A stretch of 64,000 nt of DNA from an uncultured Bacteroidales bacterium (GTDB taxonomy: Bacteria > Bacteroidota > Bacteroidia > Bacteroidales > UBA932), in contig CAMVGM010000004.1 of NCBI GenBank assembly GCA_947167015.1, forward strand, positions 9,794 through 73,793. The letters are read 5' to 3'. The position numbers were made by a program, and so were the translations under genes. Below the pieces are notes generated by a model. That model saw only the letters and a list, made by a program, of their open reading frames with translations, was not told the origin of the DNA and ran no database searches. The stretch's first letter is position 1; each line of letters opens with the position of its first letter. Positions 29,810 to 40,027 of this stretch are shown here, piece by piece.

Positions 29810-30913
29810 TCAGTCAACGTTGAAACGGACGTCCTCGAACAGGGAAAGCATACCCCACATGGCATCCTCGTCCGGGGCCTCGGCGCGCATCACGGCGCGG
29901 CATTGCTTGTAACCCTTGGCGGCAAACAGGCCCTCCACTTCCCCTGATCCGAATCGTTCGCCCTCGTAGCGGACGTACTGGCCCCAGTCGGCATCCAGCG
30001 CTTCCCAGGCGGAGAAACGCCCGTCCATGTCGAAATCGACATCGTCCTCCAAGGCGGTCATGTCCGCGCTAAGATCCTTCCGCAGCACACCCTGCCACGC
30101 AGCTTCGTCCGAGGTGTCCAGCGGCGCTCCGGCCAGCCAGAAACGGAACAGGCCGATCACGTCGCCTATCGTGCCCAGCTTGGTCAGGCGGAAGGAAAGC
30201 TCGTCCGGCTTTTCGGACAGGATTTCGACGTCGTATTCCATATTGTCGAACCCCAGTTCGATGAGTTCTCCGAGGCTGAGCGTCTCCCAGGTGTCCCCGT
30301 TGTCGATGATTTCCTCAAATTCCGCTTCGTCCTCCTCCCCGGCGGGCTCGCGCGGCTCCGGTTCGGGGTACACGATACCCCGGAAGATGTCCATGAACGC
30401 ATCCCGGGAAGCCGCGTTGTCGCATTCGCCGTACATCACGGTCACGTACAGGCCGGCTCCGTCCGCGGCGATGGCGCCCCAGACCGGCTTATGCTCCCGT
30501 TTTCCCATAAAGGGATGCCAGGCGCCCGCCCCTACGGGGGAATCGGGATTCAAGGAATAGTTCTTCAAGCCCCCCTCCTGGCCCCATTCGGCTTCGAAAA
30601 AGCCGTCCGACACACAGAACTCCCGCCACCACAAATCCACTTCCTCCATGAACATCTCGGAACGCTCCGCATCGGACGCTTCCAGATAGACCGTATCCCC
30701 GTGGATGGCAAAATGCATCCAGTTTTCCGGTTTTTCCTTCTCCACCAGGTCGAAATTGACCCCGTAATCCTCGTCCAGTTCCCGGATCACGTAGCGGGCG
30801 GAATCGTAGGAGAGCTTGACCCCCTCCCACTCGTAAGCCGCTTCCGACGAAGCGTTCTGCGCGCAGGCGCAGACGCACGCCGCGGCCAGTGACAGCAGGA
30901 ACATATTTTTCAT
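29810..30913 (-). CDS. Hypothetical acidic lipoprotein
   Basis: MKNMFLLSLAAACVCAC lipoprotein-like signal; fills the gap in a same-strand operon; no family recognised. Confidence 0.7.
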   Translation of the reverse strand: MKNMFLLSLAAACVCACAQNASSEAAYEWEGVKLSYDSARYVIRELDEDYGVNFDLVEKEKPENWMHFAIHGDTVYLEASDAERSEMFMEEVDLWWREFCVSDGFFEAEWGQEGGLKNYSLNPDSPVGAGAWHPFMGKREHKPVWGAIAADGAGLYVTVMYGECDNAASRDAFMDIFRGIVYPEPEPREPAGEEDEAEFEEIIDNGDTWETLSLGELIELGFDNMEYDVEILSEKPDELSFRLTKLGTIGDVIGLFRFWLAGAPLDTSDEAAWQGVLRKDLSADMTALEDDVDFDMDGRFSAWEALDADWGQYVRYEGERFGSGEVEGLFAAKGYKQCRAVMRAEAPDEDAMWGMLSLFEDVRFNVD

Positions 30914-30917
30914 ACGA

Positions 30918-32219
30918 TCAGATGCTGAAGTTGTGCCAATGGGGCCCGAAACGGCGGAAGGCCTCGCGGTCGAGCATCTCCCGGTCGTCCGGGTGGGCGA
31001 TGCTGATCATCAGTTTGGCGCGCTCCTGCAGGCTCTTGCCGTACAGGTCCACGGCACCATATTCGGTCACGATCCAGTGCGCGTCGGCACGGGGCGTCAC
31101 CACGCCGGCGCCCGGATTGAGCTGCGAGACGATCTTGTTCTTTCCCTTCAGGGTGCGGGAGGCGAAGGCGGTGATGCTCTTGCCGCCTTCCGACATCGTG
31201 GCGCCCTTGACGAACTCGACCTGACCGCCGGTGCCGCTGAAGATGCGCTCGCCGATGGAATCGGCGCTGATCTGGCCGGTGAAGTCCACCTCGGTGGCGG
31301 AGTTGATGGCCTTCATCTTGGGGTTCTGGCGGATCACCCAAGGGTCGTTGACGTACTTGATGTCGCGCATCAGCACGTCCGGGTTATGGTCGATGAAGGA
31401 ATATACCTCGTTGGAACCCAGCAGGAAAGAGGCGACGACCTTGCCGGTGTCGATCTTCTTGTTGCGGCCGTCGATCACCCCCGCCTTGATCAGGCGGAGC
31501 AGGCCGTCGGCGAACATCTCGGTATGCAGGCCCAGGTGCTTGTGGCCGCCGAGCTGGGCGGCGAGGGCGTTCGGCAGGGCGCCGATGCCCATCTGGATGC
31601 AGTCGCCGTCCTCCACGAGGGCCGCGCAGTTCTTGCCGATGAGCACCTCGGTGGGGGTGGGCTCGGCGAAGGCCGCCGTCACCAGCGGGGTGTCGTCCTG
31701 CACCAGGTAGTCGAACTTCTCCAGCGGGATGAGGTCGCCGTAGGCATACGGCACGTTGGGATTGACCACGCCGATCACCACCTGCGCCGTCTCGATGGCC
31801 GCCACGGAGCAGTCCACGGAGGTACCGAGGCTCACGCGCCCTTCCTCGTCCGGCAGGGACACGTTGACCAGCGCCGCGCCCAGCTTGATGAAGCCGTCCC
31901 GGTAGAGTTTCTGGCTCTCGCCGAGGTGTACGGGCAGGTAGTCGGCATAGCCGGCGTTGACATTCGCGCGGACGTTGGGTCCCACGAAGAAGCCCTGCTC
32001 GAAAAAGATCCCCTCGTAACGCGGCTCGCTGTAGGGAGCGGGCCCTTCCGTATGGAAATGGTGGAACTGCAAGCCCCGGACATCTCCGGCGTCCGCCCGG
32101 CGGCAAAGGGCCTGGATCAGGCAATGCGGCACGCTGGCGACGCTGCTCAGGTGGACGTGACAGTTGGAAGGGATGTGGCTGACCGCCTCGTCGGCGGAAA
32201 CGTATCTGACCGGCTTCAT
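30918..32219 (-). CDS. Acetyl-CoA hydrolase/transferase family (4-hydroxybutyrate CoA-transferase-like)
   Basis: SLGTSVD, QMGIGALP, HTEM, INSATEVDFTGQ, SGTGGQVEF, VTEYG, IAHPDDR. Confidence 0.93.
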   Translation of the reverse strand: MKPVRYVSADEAVSHIPSNCHVHLSSVASVPHCLIQALCRRADAGDVRGLQFHHFHTEGPAPYSEPRYEGIFFEQGFFVGPNVRANVNAGYADYLPVHLGESQKLYRDGFIKLGAALVNVSLPDEEGRVSLGTSVDCSVAAIETAQVVIGVVNPNVPYAYGDLIPLEKFDYLVQDDTPLVTAAFAEPTPTEVLIGKNCAALVEDGDCIQMGIGALPNALAAQLGGHKHLGLHTEMFADGLLRLIKAGVIDGRNKKIDTGKVVASFLLGSNEVYSFIDHNPDVLMRDIKYVNDPWVIRQNPKMKAINSATEVDFTGQISADSIGERIFSGTGGQVEFVKGATMSEGGKSITAFASRTLKGKNKIVSQLNPGAGVVTPRADAHWIVTEYGAVDLYGKSLQERAKLMISIAHPDDREMLDREAFRRFGPHWHNFSI

Positions 32220-32269
32220 TTCGGAGAATATTGATTATTTTTGCAAGCGCAAATGTAGCAAATTATTCC

Positions 32270-33061
32270 ATGCATACCAAAGAAGAAAAGCTTGCCGCCT
32301 TCGCCCGGCTGCTCGATACGATGGACGCGCTCCGCGAGAAGTGTCCCTGGAACGCCGCGCAGACGATGGAGACCATCCGTCCGATGACGGAAGAGGAGGT
32401 GTATGAACTGAGCGACGCCATCCTGAAAGGCGACCGCGCCGCAACCGCAAAGGAAATCGGCGACCTGCTCTACCACCTGGTCTTCTATGCCCGGATCGGG
32501 CAGGAGGAGGGCTCCTTCGACATCGCCGACAGCCTGGACAAGGTCGTGGACAAGATGGTCTTCCGCCACCCGCACGTGTTCGGTCCGGAGGCCGGAAAAC
32601 CCACTTCCGCGAAGGAGATCGCCGACACCTGGGAACTCGTAAAAGCGAAGGAAAAGGACGGCAACAAGACGGTCCTGTCCGGCATCCCGGACGCGATGCC
32701 CGCGATCCTGAAGGCCCTGTCCATGCAAGAGAAGGCCCGCGGCTGCGGCTTCGACTGGGAGCGGCGCGAGGATGTCTGGGACAAGGTGCACGAGGAATTG
32801 AGCGAGGCCCGGGAAGCCTGCACCGAGCAGGATCCGCGCCATATGGAAGAGGAATTCGGCGACCTGCTCTTCGCGGTCATCAACGCCGCGCGCCTGTACG
32901 GCGTGGACCCGGAAGCCGCCCTGGGCGGCAGTTGCAGCAAATTCCGCCGCCGCTTCGGCTACCTGGAAGAGCAGACCCTGAAAAAAGGGCGCAAACTCAC
33001 GGACATGACCCTCGCCGAGATGGACGCCATCTGGGACGAGGGAAAAGCCAAAGGTCTGTAA
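32270..33061 (+). CDS. mazG: Nucleoside triphosphate pyrophosphohydrolase MazG
   Basis: LREKCPW, EEVYEL, EIGDLL, RHPHVF, GFDW, EEEFGDLLF. Confidence 0.96.
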   Translation: MHTKEEKLAAFARLLDTMDALREKCPWNAAQTMETIRPMTEEEVYELSDAILKGDRAATAKEIGDLLYHLVFYARIGQEEGSFDIADSLDKVVDKMVFRHPHVFGPEAGKPTSAKEIADTWELVKAKEKDGNKTVLSGIPDAMPAILKALSMQEKARGCGFDWERREDVWDKVHEELSEAREACTEQDPRHMEEEFGDLLFAVINAARLYGVDPEAALGGSCSKFRRRFGYLEEQTLKKGRKLTDMTLAEMDAIWDEGKAKGL

Positions 33062-33068
33062 ATCAAGA

Positions 33069-33680
33069 TTATATCAGGCCGGCGCGCCGGCCGAAGTCGA
33101 TGATGAGGTCGGCGCAGCCTTCGAGGCCGACCAGGGAGGAATCCAGGCAGAGGTCGTAGTTGGACGCCACGCCCCAGTTGCCCAAAGTAAAGAAGTTGTA
33201 ATAGTCCCGGCGGTTCTTCTCCTTGCGCTGGATGTATTTTTCGGCTTCCGCCGCTTCCATCCCCGTCCGTTCGCAAACCCGCTTGACCCGGTCTTCCATC
33301 GGGGCGCAGATGAACACGTCCAGACACTCCATGTCGCGGAGCACATAGTCCGACGCACGCCCCAGGAAGATGGCGCTCCCCTGCTGCGCGATGTCGCGGA
33401 TGGCCTGGCTCTGATACTTGAAAAGTTCCGTCCCGTCAATGGCGGAAGGGGCATAGGAGCTCGCCCGGTTCAGCCCGAACAGGCTGCCGAAACGGAAGAG
33501 CCGCTTGCGCTCGTCGCTCTTCTTGAAGAAAGCCGGGCTGAAGCCGCTTTCTTCCGCCGCCTTCCGGATCAGTTCGTTGTCATAGACCGGGATGCCCAGC
33601 CGCTCGCCCAGGAGGGCGGCGACCCCCCTGCCGCCGGCGCCGAACTGGCGTCCGATATTGATGAGGATGCGCTTTTCCAT
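33069..33680 (-). CDS. Cytidylate kinase-like family protein
   Basis: IGRQFGAGG, LGRASDYVL, RRDYYNFFT..WG..NYDLCLDS. Confidence 0.9.
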   Translation of the reverse strand: MEKRILINIGRQFGAGGRGVAALLGERLGIPVYDNELIRKAAEESGFSPAFFKKSDERKRLFRFGSLFGLNRASSYAPSAIDGTELFKYQSQAIRDIAQQGSAIFLGRASDYVLRDMECLDVFICAPMEDRVKRVCERTGMEAAEAEKYIQRKEKNRRDYYNFFTLGNWGVASNYDLCLDSSLVGLEGCADLIIDFGRRAGLI

Positions 33681-33684
33681 AAAC

Positions 33685-35085
33685 TCAGGATTGGATCGTG
33701 CTGCCGAGGATGTCGGGATTCTCGCCGTCCTTGAGCCGGTCGAACTTGCGGAACAGCCGGACGATCAGGATGACGGAAATGATGATGTTGAGGGCGTCGG
33801 AAATAGGGAAACTGATCCACACGCCCGTCTCCTGCAACCAGAGCGGCAGGGTGTAGATCAGCGGCAGGAGGAAGAGCAGCTGGCGCGAAAGCGACAGGAA
33901 AATGGACTTCCGGACCATGCCGAGACACTGGAAGAAGTTGCCCGTGACCATGCCGAAGCCCACCAGGGCGAAGGCGGAATTCATGATCCGCAGCCCCCGG
34001 GAGGCGAGGTCGATGAGCTGGGGATCGTTGGTGAACATGCTCACCGCGCTGCGCGGGACCAGCTCCGCCATCAGGAAGCAGAGCGTGGTCACGAGGACCT
34101 CCCACTTCGCCGTGAGGATGAATATCTCCTTGACGCGGTGGTATTGCCGGGCGCCGTAATTGTAGCCCGCGATGGGCTGCAGGCCCTGGTTGAAGCCCAT
34201 GCAAATCATGAGGAAGAGCATGGTCAGGCGGTTGACGATGCCGTAGGCGCCGATCGCCAGGTCGCCGCCGTACTTGCGGAGCTGCTGGTTGATGAACAGC
34301 GCCACCAGGCAGGCCGCGACGTTCATCAGGAAGGGACCGACGCCGATGGCCAGCGACTGCTTCGCCACCTGCCAGTCCAGCTGGAACAGCGGCCGGCTGA
34401 AGTGCAGCAGGCGTGTCTTGTCGCCGAAGAAGCGGAAGGTATAGACCAGCGCCGCCAGCTGGCAGATGATGGTCGCGAGGGCCGCGCCGCGGATGCCCAT
34501 CCCGAAGGCGAAGATGAAGATCGGGTCGAGGATGGCGTTGGAGATGACGGTGAACAGCGTCAGCGCCATCGCCGTGCGCGGATGCCCGGAGGAACGGATC
34601 AGGCCGTTGAAACCGTGATACAGGTGCGTGAACACGTTGCCCGCCAGGATGATGAACATGTAGTCCCGGGCGAAGGGCAGGGTGACGTCGCTGGCTCCGA
34701 AGAAACGCAGGATCGGATCCAGGAATGCCAGGGTGACCGCAGAGAAGATGATGCCGATGATCACGTTGAGCGTCAGCACGTTGGCCAGGACCTTCCGGGC
34801 GGCGTCATAGTTGCGCTGGCCCAGCAGGACGGAGATGAGCGTCATCGCGCCCACGCCGACCAGCGTTCCCATCGCCACGGACAGGTTCATCAGCGGGAAG
34901 GTGACGGCCAGGCCGCTGATGGCGGATGCACCCACGCCCGGGATATGGCCGATGTAGATGCTGTCGACCATATTGTACAGCGAAGCCGCGGTCTGGGCGA
35001 TGATGCCCGGGACCGCGTACTGCTTCAGGAGCGTGCCGATCTTCTGGGTTCCGAGTTCGGTAGGAGCTGCGCCGGATGCCGCCAT
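33685..35085 (-). CDS. MATE-family efflux transporter
   Basis: LYNMVDSIYIG, NAILDPIFIF..GIRGAALAT, GLQPIAGYNYGA; many TM segments. Confidence 0.95.
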   Translation of the reverse strand: MAASGAAPTELGTQKIGTLLKQYAVPGIIAQTAASLYNMVDSIYIGHIPGVGASAISGLAVTFPLMNLSVAMGTLVGVGAMTLISVLLGQRNYDAARKVLANVLTLNVIIGIIFSAVTLAFLDPILRFFGASDVTLPFARDYMFIILAGNVFTHLYHGFNGLIRSSGHPRTAMALTLFTVISNAILDPIFIFAFGMGIRGAALATIICQLAALVYTFRFFGDKTRLLHFSRPLFQLDWQVAKQSLAIGVGPFLMNVAACLVALFINQQLRKYGGDLAIGAYGIVNRLTMLFLMICMGFNQGLQPIAGYNYGARQYHRVKEIFILTAKWEVLVTTLCFLMAELVPRSAVSMFTNDPQLIDLASRGLRIMNSAFALVGFGMVTGNFFQCLGMVRKSIFLSLSRQLLFLLPLIYTLPLWLQETGVWISFPISDALNIIISVILIVRLFRKFDRLKDGENPDILGSTIQS

Positions 35086-35088
35086 CCC

Positions 35089-36105
35089 TTAGGGCTTATC
35101 GACGATCTCGATGTCGAAGCGCAGCGGAGAGTATCCCGGGATCGAAGTCCCGGAGCCGTTGCTGCCGTAGCCGACGCCCGAGTAGAACACCGCGGTGCCC
35201 TTCTCGTGCGGGTGCATCTTGCTCAGCGCATAGGCGAAGCCGTCTATCACCGTCGAGCCGCCCATCTTGATATCGGTGTAGGTGCCGTCCGCGTTGTACC
35301 AGGTGACGGCGGTCGGGGCGTAGGTCCGGGATGCGGAATACAACCCGTAGAACTTCGCGCTGTCCTTCACGTTGGTATCGAAGACGTGGCCGTCCAGCAG
35401 GCGGCCCACATAGTTGATGTAGATCGTGGTATCGATGGGGAACTCCTCCTCGGAAGAGGGAGCGGCGCCGCGGACATAGTAGAAACCGTACTTGAGGGAG
35501 TCGCCGGCGCTTTTCCCGGGGAACGTGGCCGTCACGTAGCGGCCCACGGAATCCGTCTCCCATTTCTTGATGTCGGGGATGACCTCCAGCAGCCCCACCT
35601 CGTAAACGGCGCTGGTGCCGTTCACCTTGGCCAGGTATTCCTCTTTCGCGGCATAGCGGCTGGTCGTATTCAGCCAGCCGGGAATCGCGACGGTCCGGAT
35701 GCCGCCGGTCCGCATCGATTCGAGCGCGTCGTCGAGTCCGGCAGCAAGCTGCCCCTCGCCGCGCTGCCAGATCTCGGGTCCGTAGTAGTCCTCTTCATCG
35801 TACTCCCCGATGCGCTGGGCCACTTCCTTGAGGGAGGTGGACAGGACGGTGCCGTCCATGTCGCTGACGATGTAATGCACGCGCACATAAGGATTCGCCT
35901 TGGCGGTGCCCGCCTCGGTTCCCGAACCCGTTGTTTCGGAAAGCACGTAGGCACCCAGGCCGGACGCGACGGCGTCCGGGTGGTTTACATGGATCCAGGC
36001 GTCGAAATACAGCTTGGCGCTGTCGTTGAGCCCGGGTGTCGGCGCCTTGGCGCAGGCACAGAGGACCAGCGCAATGAGCGCCGCATATGGCAGGTTTCTC
36101 TTCAT
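35089..36105 (-). CDS. Lipoprotein with two FKBP-type PPIase domains
   Basis: Lipobox LCAC; NYVGRLLDGHVFDTN, VIDGF, GYG..IPGYSPLRFDIEIV; degenerate first FKBP domain. Confidence 0.88.
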   Translation of the reverse strand: MKRNLPYAALIALVLCACAKAPTPGLNDSAKLYFDAWIHVNHPDAVASGLGAYVLSETTGSGTEAGTAKANPYVRVHYIVSDMDGTVLSTSLKEVAQRIGEYDEEDYYGPEIWQRGEGQLAAGLDDALESMRTGGIRTVAIPGWLNTTSRYAAKEEYLAKVNGTSAVYEVGLLEVIPDIKKWETDSVGRYVTATFPGKSAGDSLKYGFYYVRGAAPSSEEEFPIDTTIYINYVGRLLDGHVFDTNVKDSAKFYGLYSASRTYAPTAVTWYNADGTYTDIKMGGSTVIDGFAYALSKMHPHEKGTAVFYSGVGYGSNGSGTSIPGYSPLRFDIEIVDKP

Positions 36106-36108
36106 ATC

Positions 36109-37176
36109 CTATCGGTCTTGGAACGGCGCTTCATTCCGCATAAATCGTGCCGTCACGGTTTCTATGTACTGGGCCGCCATTTCCCTGGCGGGGATGTCCT
36201 GGGGGAAGAACAGTTTGCCGCCCGCGGCGCACAGATGCCCCCCGCCGTGGAAGGATTCCGCCGCAAGGCGGTTGGCGGCGACGCCGCGCTTGGAACGGAT
36301 GGACACGCGGAAATGCCCGTCGTCCTCGCGCAGGAACAGGCTCATGCGCACCCGCCCGATCCCGAGCGGCAGGTTCACGAAGCCTTCTGTGTCGCCTTCG
36401 CCGATCCCGAGCGCCTCCTGCGTCCGCCGGTCCAGGATGGCATAGGCCACTCCGTCCGGGGTGATGTGCATCAGGCGTTCGAGGTAGCAGCCCATCGCCC
36501 GGAAGCGGTTCTCGCCGTAGCTGTTGAACAGCGCGTCCAGCAGGGCGTCGCGGTCCACGCCGGCCGCCAGCAGCTCGGAAGCCATCCCGAGGGTGGACGG
36601 GAAGACGGAGTTCGCGAAATTGTTCGTGTCCGCCGTCATGCCGGCCATCAGCGGGGTGAGGACCTCCAGCGGCAGCCGGTCCGCCCGGCCCACGCCCGGC
36701 AGGGCGAGCAGGACGTGGTAGAGCAGCTCGCTCGCGGAGGAGACCTCCGTCTCGCTGAACGTGAGGTCGAACCAGGCCTCGTCGGGGCGGGGATGGTGGT
36801 CCACCAGCACCTTGCGGGCGGAAACGGCGCGCAGCGGCGCCTCCAGCTCTCCCGCACGGCCGGGGCCGTTCATGTCCAGGCAGAACAGCAGGTCGCACCC
36901 GGCGAGGCGGGCCAGCGCCCCGGCAGGGTCCGCGGACGCCACCGTCACGCCGCTTTCCGGAACGAGGAAATCCAGGATCCCGGCCGCCGGATCGGGCAGC
37001 AGCAGGTCGGCCTGGAGGCCCCGGCAGTCCCGGAGATACGCCAGCAGGGCGGTTCCGCTGCCGACCGCGTCCCCGTCGGGGTGCGTATGCACGACGACGC
37101 AGGCGCGAGCTGCACCGGCGATCAGCGCTTCCAGGCGCTGGATTTTGGCGGATGTCACCGTTTTCACTTGTTCCAA
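36109..37176 (-). CDS. nrnA: DHH-family phosphoesterase (NrnA-like)
   Basis: HTHPDGDAVGS, DHH, SSASEL, ADT, SIRSK, GGGH..AAGG. Confidence 0.9.
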   Translation of the reverse strand: MEQVKTVTSAKIQRLEALIAGAARACVVVHTHPDGDAVGSGTALLAYLRDCRGLQADLLLPDPAAGILDFLVPESGVTVASADPAGALARLAGCDLLFCLDMNGPGRAGELEAPLRAVSARKVLVDHHPRPDEAWFDLTFSETEVSSASELLYHVLLALPGVGRADRLPLEVLTPLMAGMTADTNNFANSVFPSTLGMASELLAAGVDRDALLDALFNSYGENRFRAMGCYLERLMHITPDGVAYAILDRRTQEALGIGEGDTEGFVNLPLGIGRVRMSLFLREDDGHFRVSIRSKRGVAANRLAAESFHGGGHLCAAGGKLFFPQDIPAREMAAQYIETVTARFMRNEAPFQDR

Positions 37177-37270
37177 AAAACTTCTGCAAATTTAATAAGA
37201 ATATTGCATTTGATAAATCATTTTCATAACTTTGTGGGACTTTGGAAATCAAATAAAACTAACCGATACA

Positions 37271-37972
37271 ATGAACAAAGCAGTTAAAATTCTCGTAGAG
37301 GTCCTCTTGCTGGCAGCCATCGCCGGTCTGGCCTATCTGCTGTACAGCAACATCATGCAGCCCGTCAACTTCAACAAGGAGAAAGCCTCCCGCCAGGCGG
37401 TCGCCGTCCAGCGCCTCAAGGACATCCGCACCCTGCAGGTGGCCCACAAGTCCGTCACTGGCAAGTTCAACTCCTCGATTGACTCCCTCAAGCAGTTCTA
37501 CGAGACCGGAACGATGGATATCGTGATGCAGATCGGCTCCATGGACGACTCCATCGCCGTCGCCAACACCGAGGCCATCAAGAAGGCCAACCGCAAGCTC
37601 AAACCGGAGCAGCTGACCGAGAAGCTCGCCGAGGCCTACGCCGCCGGGCAGAAGGTCGTGTATTCCCACACCACCAAGATCCCGGTCCGCGACACCCTCT
37701 TCAACAACCGGCCCGACTTCTGCATCGACTCCCTCAAGTATATCCCGTTCTCCGGCAAGGAGCCCATCCAGATGGAGTCCGCCGTCAAGATGGTTTCCGG
37801 CGTGCCCGTGCCCCTCTTCGAGGCCCGCATCCCCTGGAAGTCCCTCCTCAAGGGCATGAACAACCAGCTCCGCATCAACCTTGACGCCGAGAGCCGCGAC
37901 ATGAACCGCTACGAGGGCCTGCAGGTCGGTTCCATCACCGCCCCGAACAACAACGCAGGCAACTGGGAGTAG
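37271..37972 (+). CDS. Conserved hypothetical membrane-anchored protein
   Basis: N-terminal TM helix; GC-rich codon bias; C-terminal LQVGS..NAGNWE; first gene of the DUF3822-rsmD cluster. Confidence 0.8.
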   Translation: MNKAVKILVEVLLLAAIAGLAYLLYSNIMQPVNFNKEKASRQAVAVQRLKDIRTLQVAHKSVTGKFNSSIDSLKQFYETGTMDIVMQIGSMDDSIAVANTEAIKKANRKLKPEQLTEKLAEAYAAGQKVVYSHTTKIPVRDTLFNNRPDFCIDSLKYIPFSGKEPIQMESAVKMVSGVPVPLFEARIPWKSLLKGMNNQLRINLDAESRDMNRYEGLQVGSITAPNNNAGNWE

Positions 37973-38430
37973 TGTTCACCCTCGTCCCCTCCCATTTCTT
38001 CGATCCGGCCACCGCACGGGATGCACTCTGTGAAGTGGCGCCGCTCAAGGACGGGGACACGGTGGAATACGTAGAAATACCTCAATACGATGCTGTCCTC
38101 GTCTATACCCAAGACGGGGACAGCGCCGTTTCTGACCGGCCCGAGATCTACCGCATCCTGACGCGGCTGCCGGCCTGTCCCGAATACAACAAGATCCTGT
38201 GCAGCCACCAGGACGGCCGGCTGTACCTCGCCGTCGCCCAGGGCAAGAACCTGCTGCTCGCCAACAGTTTCCCCGCCCCGGACTTCACCACCGCCGAGTA
38301 TTACATCTTCCTCGCGCTGAATTCGCTCCAGCTGAACCCGGAAATCTCCACGCTCTGTTCGCTGACGCCCCTGGACGCCGAGGATGAAATGTCGCTATAC
38401 CGCTATTTCAAGGCGGTGGAACGCCTATGA
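37972..38430 (+). CDS. DUF3822-family protein
   Basis: FTLVP..FF, LLLANSF, EYYIF, LYRYF; directly upstream of rsmD. Confidence 0.65.
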   Translation: MFTLVPSHFFDPATARDALCEVAPLKDGDTVEYVEIPQYDAVLVYTQDGDSAVSDRPEIYRILTRLPACPEYNKILCSHQDGRLYLAVAQGKNLLLANSFPAPDFTTAEYYIFLALNSLQLNPEISTLCSLTPLDAEDEMSLYRYFKAVERL

Positions 38431-38960
38431 GGATCATCGGCGGACGGCTCAAGGGAAAACCCATCCTGCCCCCGATGGGATATGGCGCACGGCCCACCAC
38501 GGATTTCGCCCGGGAGGGCCTGTTCAACGTCCTGAACAACGAATACGAATTCGAAGACCTCTGCGTGCTCGACCTGTTCGGCGGCACGGGGGCGGTCGCC
38601 TACGAGTTCGCCTCGCGCGGAGCCGCGCGCGTCTATAGTGTGGAAATGAACCGCGACCACGCCGCCTTCATCCGGCGCGAAGCCGCCCGCCTGGGCCTGG
38701 ACAACGTCACGGCCGTCCACGCCAACGTCTTCGACTTCCTGCCCATCTGCCACGAGAAGTTCGACATCATCTTCGCGGACCCGCCCTATGCCCTGGAAGG
38801 CCTGGAGGGCATTCCGGACAAGGTCTTCTCCCGCGACCTGCTCCATCCGGGAGGCTATTTCATCCTGGAGCACGGCGACGAGCACTCCTTCGCGGGACAC
38901 CCCTTCTTCAAGAAGGAAAAGGTTTACGGCCGAGTGCATTTCAGTTTTTTCGAAAAATAG
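38427..38960 (+). CDS. rsmD: 16S rRNA m2G966 methyltransferase RsmD
   Basis: MRIIGG, RPTTD, LDLFGGTG, DIIFADPPY. Confidence 0.95.
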   Translation: MRIIGGRLKGKPILPPMGYGARPTTDFAREGLFNVLNNEYEFEDLCVLDLFGGTGAVAYEFASRGAARVYSVEMNRDHAAFIRREAARLGLDNVTAVHANVFDFLPICHEKFDIIFADPPYALEGLEGIPDKVFSRDLLHPGGYFILEHGDEHSFAGHPFFKKEKVYGRVHFSFFEK

Positions 38961-38990
38961 ATCCGGGTTGCAACAACCCGGATTCTTTTT
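38961..38990 (+). terminator. Intrinsic terminator after rsmD
   Basis: ATCCGGGTTG-CAA-CAACCCGGAT followed by TCTTTTT. Confidence 0.8.
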
Positions 38991-38995
38991 CGTTA
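38969..38995 (+). promoter_or_regulatory. Candidate ECF-sigma promoter (TGCAAC-N16-CGTTA)
   Basis: AAC/CGT elements with a 16-nt spacer immediately upstream of an ECF sigma gene. Confidence 0.5.
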
Positions 38996-39007
38996 TATAA
39001 GCAGAAA

Positions 39008-39514
39008 GTGTCCGAGATGACGAGACAGGAGATCAGCGAATTCTACCGGGAACATCACCGCCGGCTGTACAACATCAGCCTGCGCATCCTCCGGGACCCC
39101 GCGGAAGCCGAAGAGGTGATGCAGGACACCCTGCTGAAATACCTCTCCGCCCCCGGCACCTTCGCTTCCCCCGCCCAGGTGTCCGCCTGGCTGGCCCGCA
39201 CCTGCATCCGCGCCTCCATCGACCGCCTGCGCAAGAAACGGCGGCACGACGCCTTCCTGGAAGATTACGCCCTGCAGGAAGACGCGCAGGGCCAGGACGA
39301 AACGGAAGATCCCGGTCCGCTGCCGGACATCTCGCAGGTCCGCACGGCGATGGACGCCCTGCCGGAGCCCTACCGGCTGGTGCTCGGCCTGGTGCTGATC
39401 GAAGGCCTGGACTACGGCGAGATCGCCGCCCTGACCGGCCGGAAAGAGACGACGCTGCGCTCCCTGTACGCCCGGGGACGCCATAAACTGATTGAATTGC
39501 TGAAAGAGATATGA
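39008..39514 (+). CDS. ECF-type RNA polymerase sigma factor
   Basis: EAEEVMQD, AWL..SIDRLRKK (region 2); LPEPYR..EGLDYGEIA (region 4); start may be the ATG at 39017. Confidence 0.93.
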   Translation: MSEMTRQEISEFYREHHRRLYNISLRILRDPAEAEEVMQDTLLKYLSAPGTFASPAQVSAWLARTCIRASIDRLRKKRRHDAFLEDYALQEDAQGQDETEDPGPLPDISQVRTAMDALPEPYRLVLGLVLIEGLDYGEIAALTGRKETTLRSLYARGRHKLIELLKEI

Positions 39515-40026
39515 ACGATCTGGAACGATACATCCGCGAGCACGCGGCACAGTTCGACACGGCGGAGCCCGCCGAGGGCCACGAGGCGCGCTTTCTCGCC
39601 CGGGCGGATAACGGGGTCTGTCTGTTCCCTGCGGGCGGCCGGAAATTATTTCGCTCCGCCCTCCACGACGCCCCCGCACGGAAATCCTTGTTCCTCCGCC
39701 CCGTCGCCTGGGCCTTCGCCCTTGCCGCCGCCGTCTCCCTGCTGCTGGTCATCCGGCCGGGGGCATCCCGCCATTTCCTGGGCGTCCCCGACAACCCGGA
39801 ACGCGTATATCGCTCCTACCTCGCCCAGGTCGAACGCGCCTACCGCGAGTTTCCCTGGGAAGACGCCGACGGATGGGAGCAGACCCTGGACGAACTGACG
39901 GAAGAGCCCGTGAGCCTGTACGAGCAGCTCCCGGAGGAACTGCCCAGGCGCCAGCAGGCCCGCATCCTCAAGGCGTACTACGGCGGCATCCTCGATGAAG
40001 TGAATCAACTGAAAAACAAACGATGA
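39511..40026 (+). CDS. Putative anti-sigma factor
   Basis: Overlaps the sigma stop; FDTAEPAEGHEARF N-terminus, single TM helix. Confidence 0.7.
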   Translation: MNDLERYIREHAAQFDTAEPAEGHEARFLARADNGVCLFPAGGRKLFRSALHDAPARKSLFLRPVAWAFALAAAVSLLLVIRPGASRHFLGVPDNPERVYRSYLAQVERAYREFPWEDADGWEQTLDELTEEPVSLYEQLPEELPRRQQARILKAYYGGILDEVNQLKNKR

Positions 40027-40027
40027 T

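Noticed and set aside
33592-37287. 1231-aa plus-strand ORF (similarly 18634-20946, 27413-29947, 54397-57306, 57720-59957)
   Set aside because: Each lies opposite recognisable housekeeping genes; stop-poor shadow frames are expected in GC-rich DNA.
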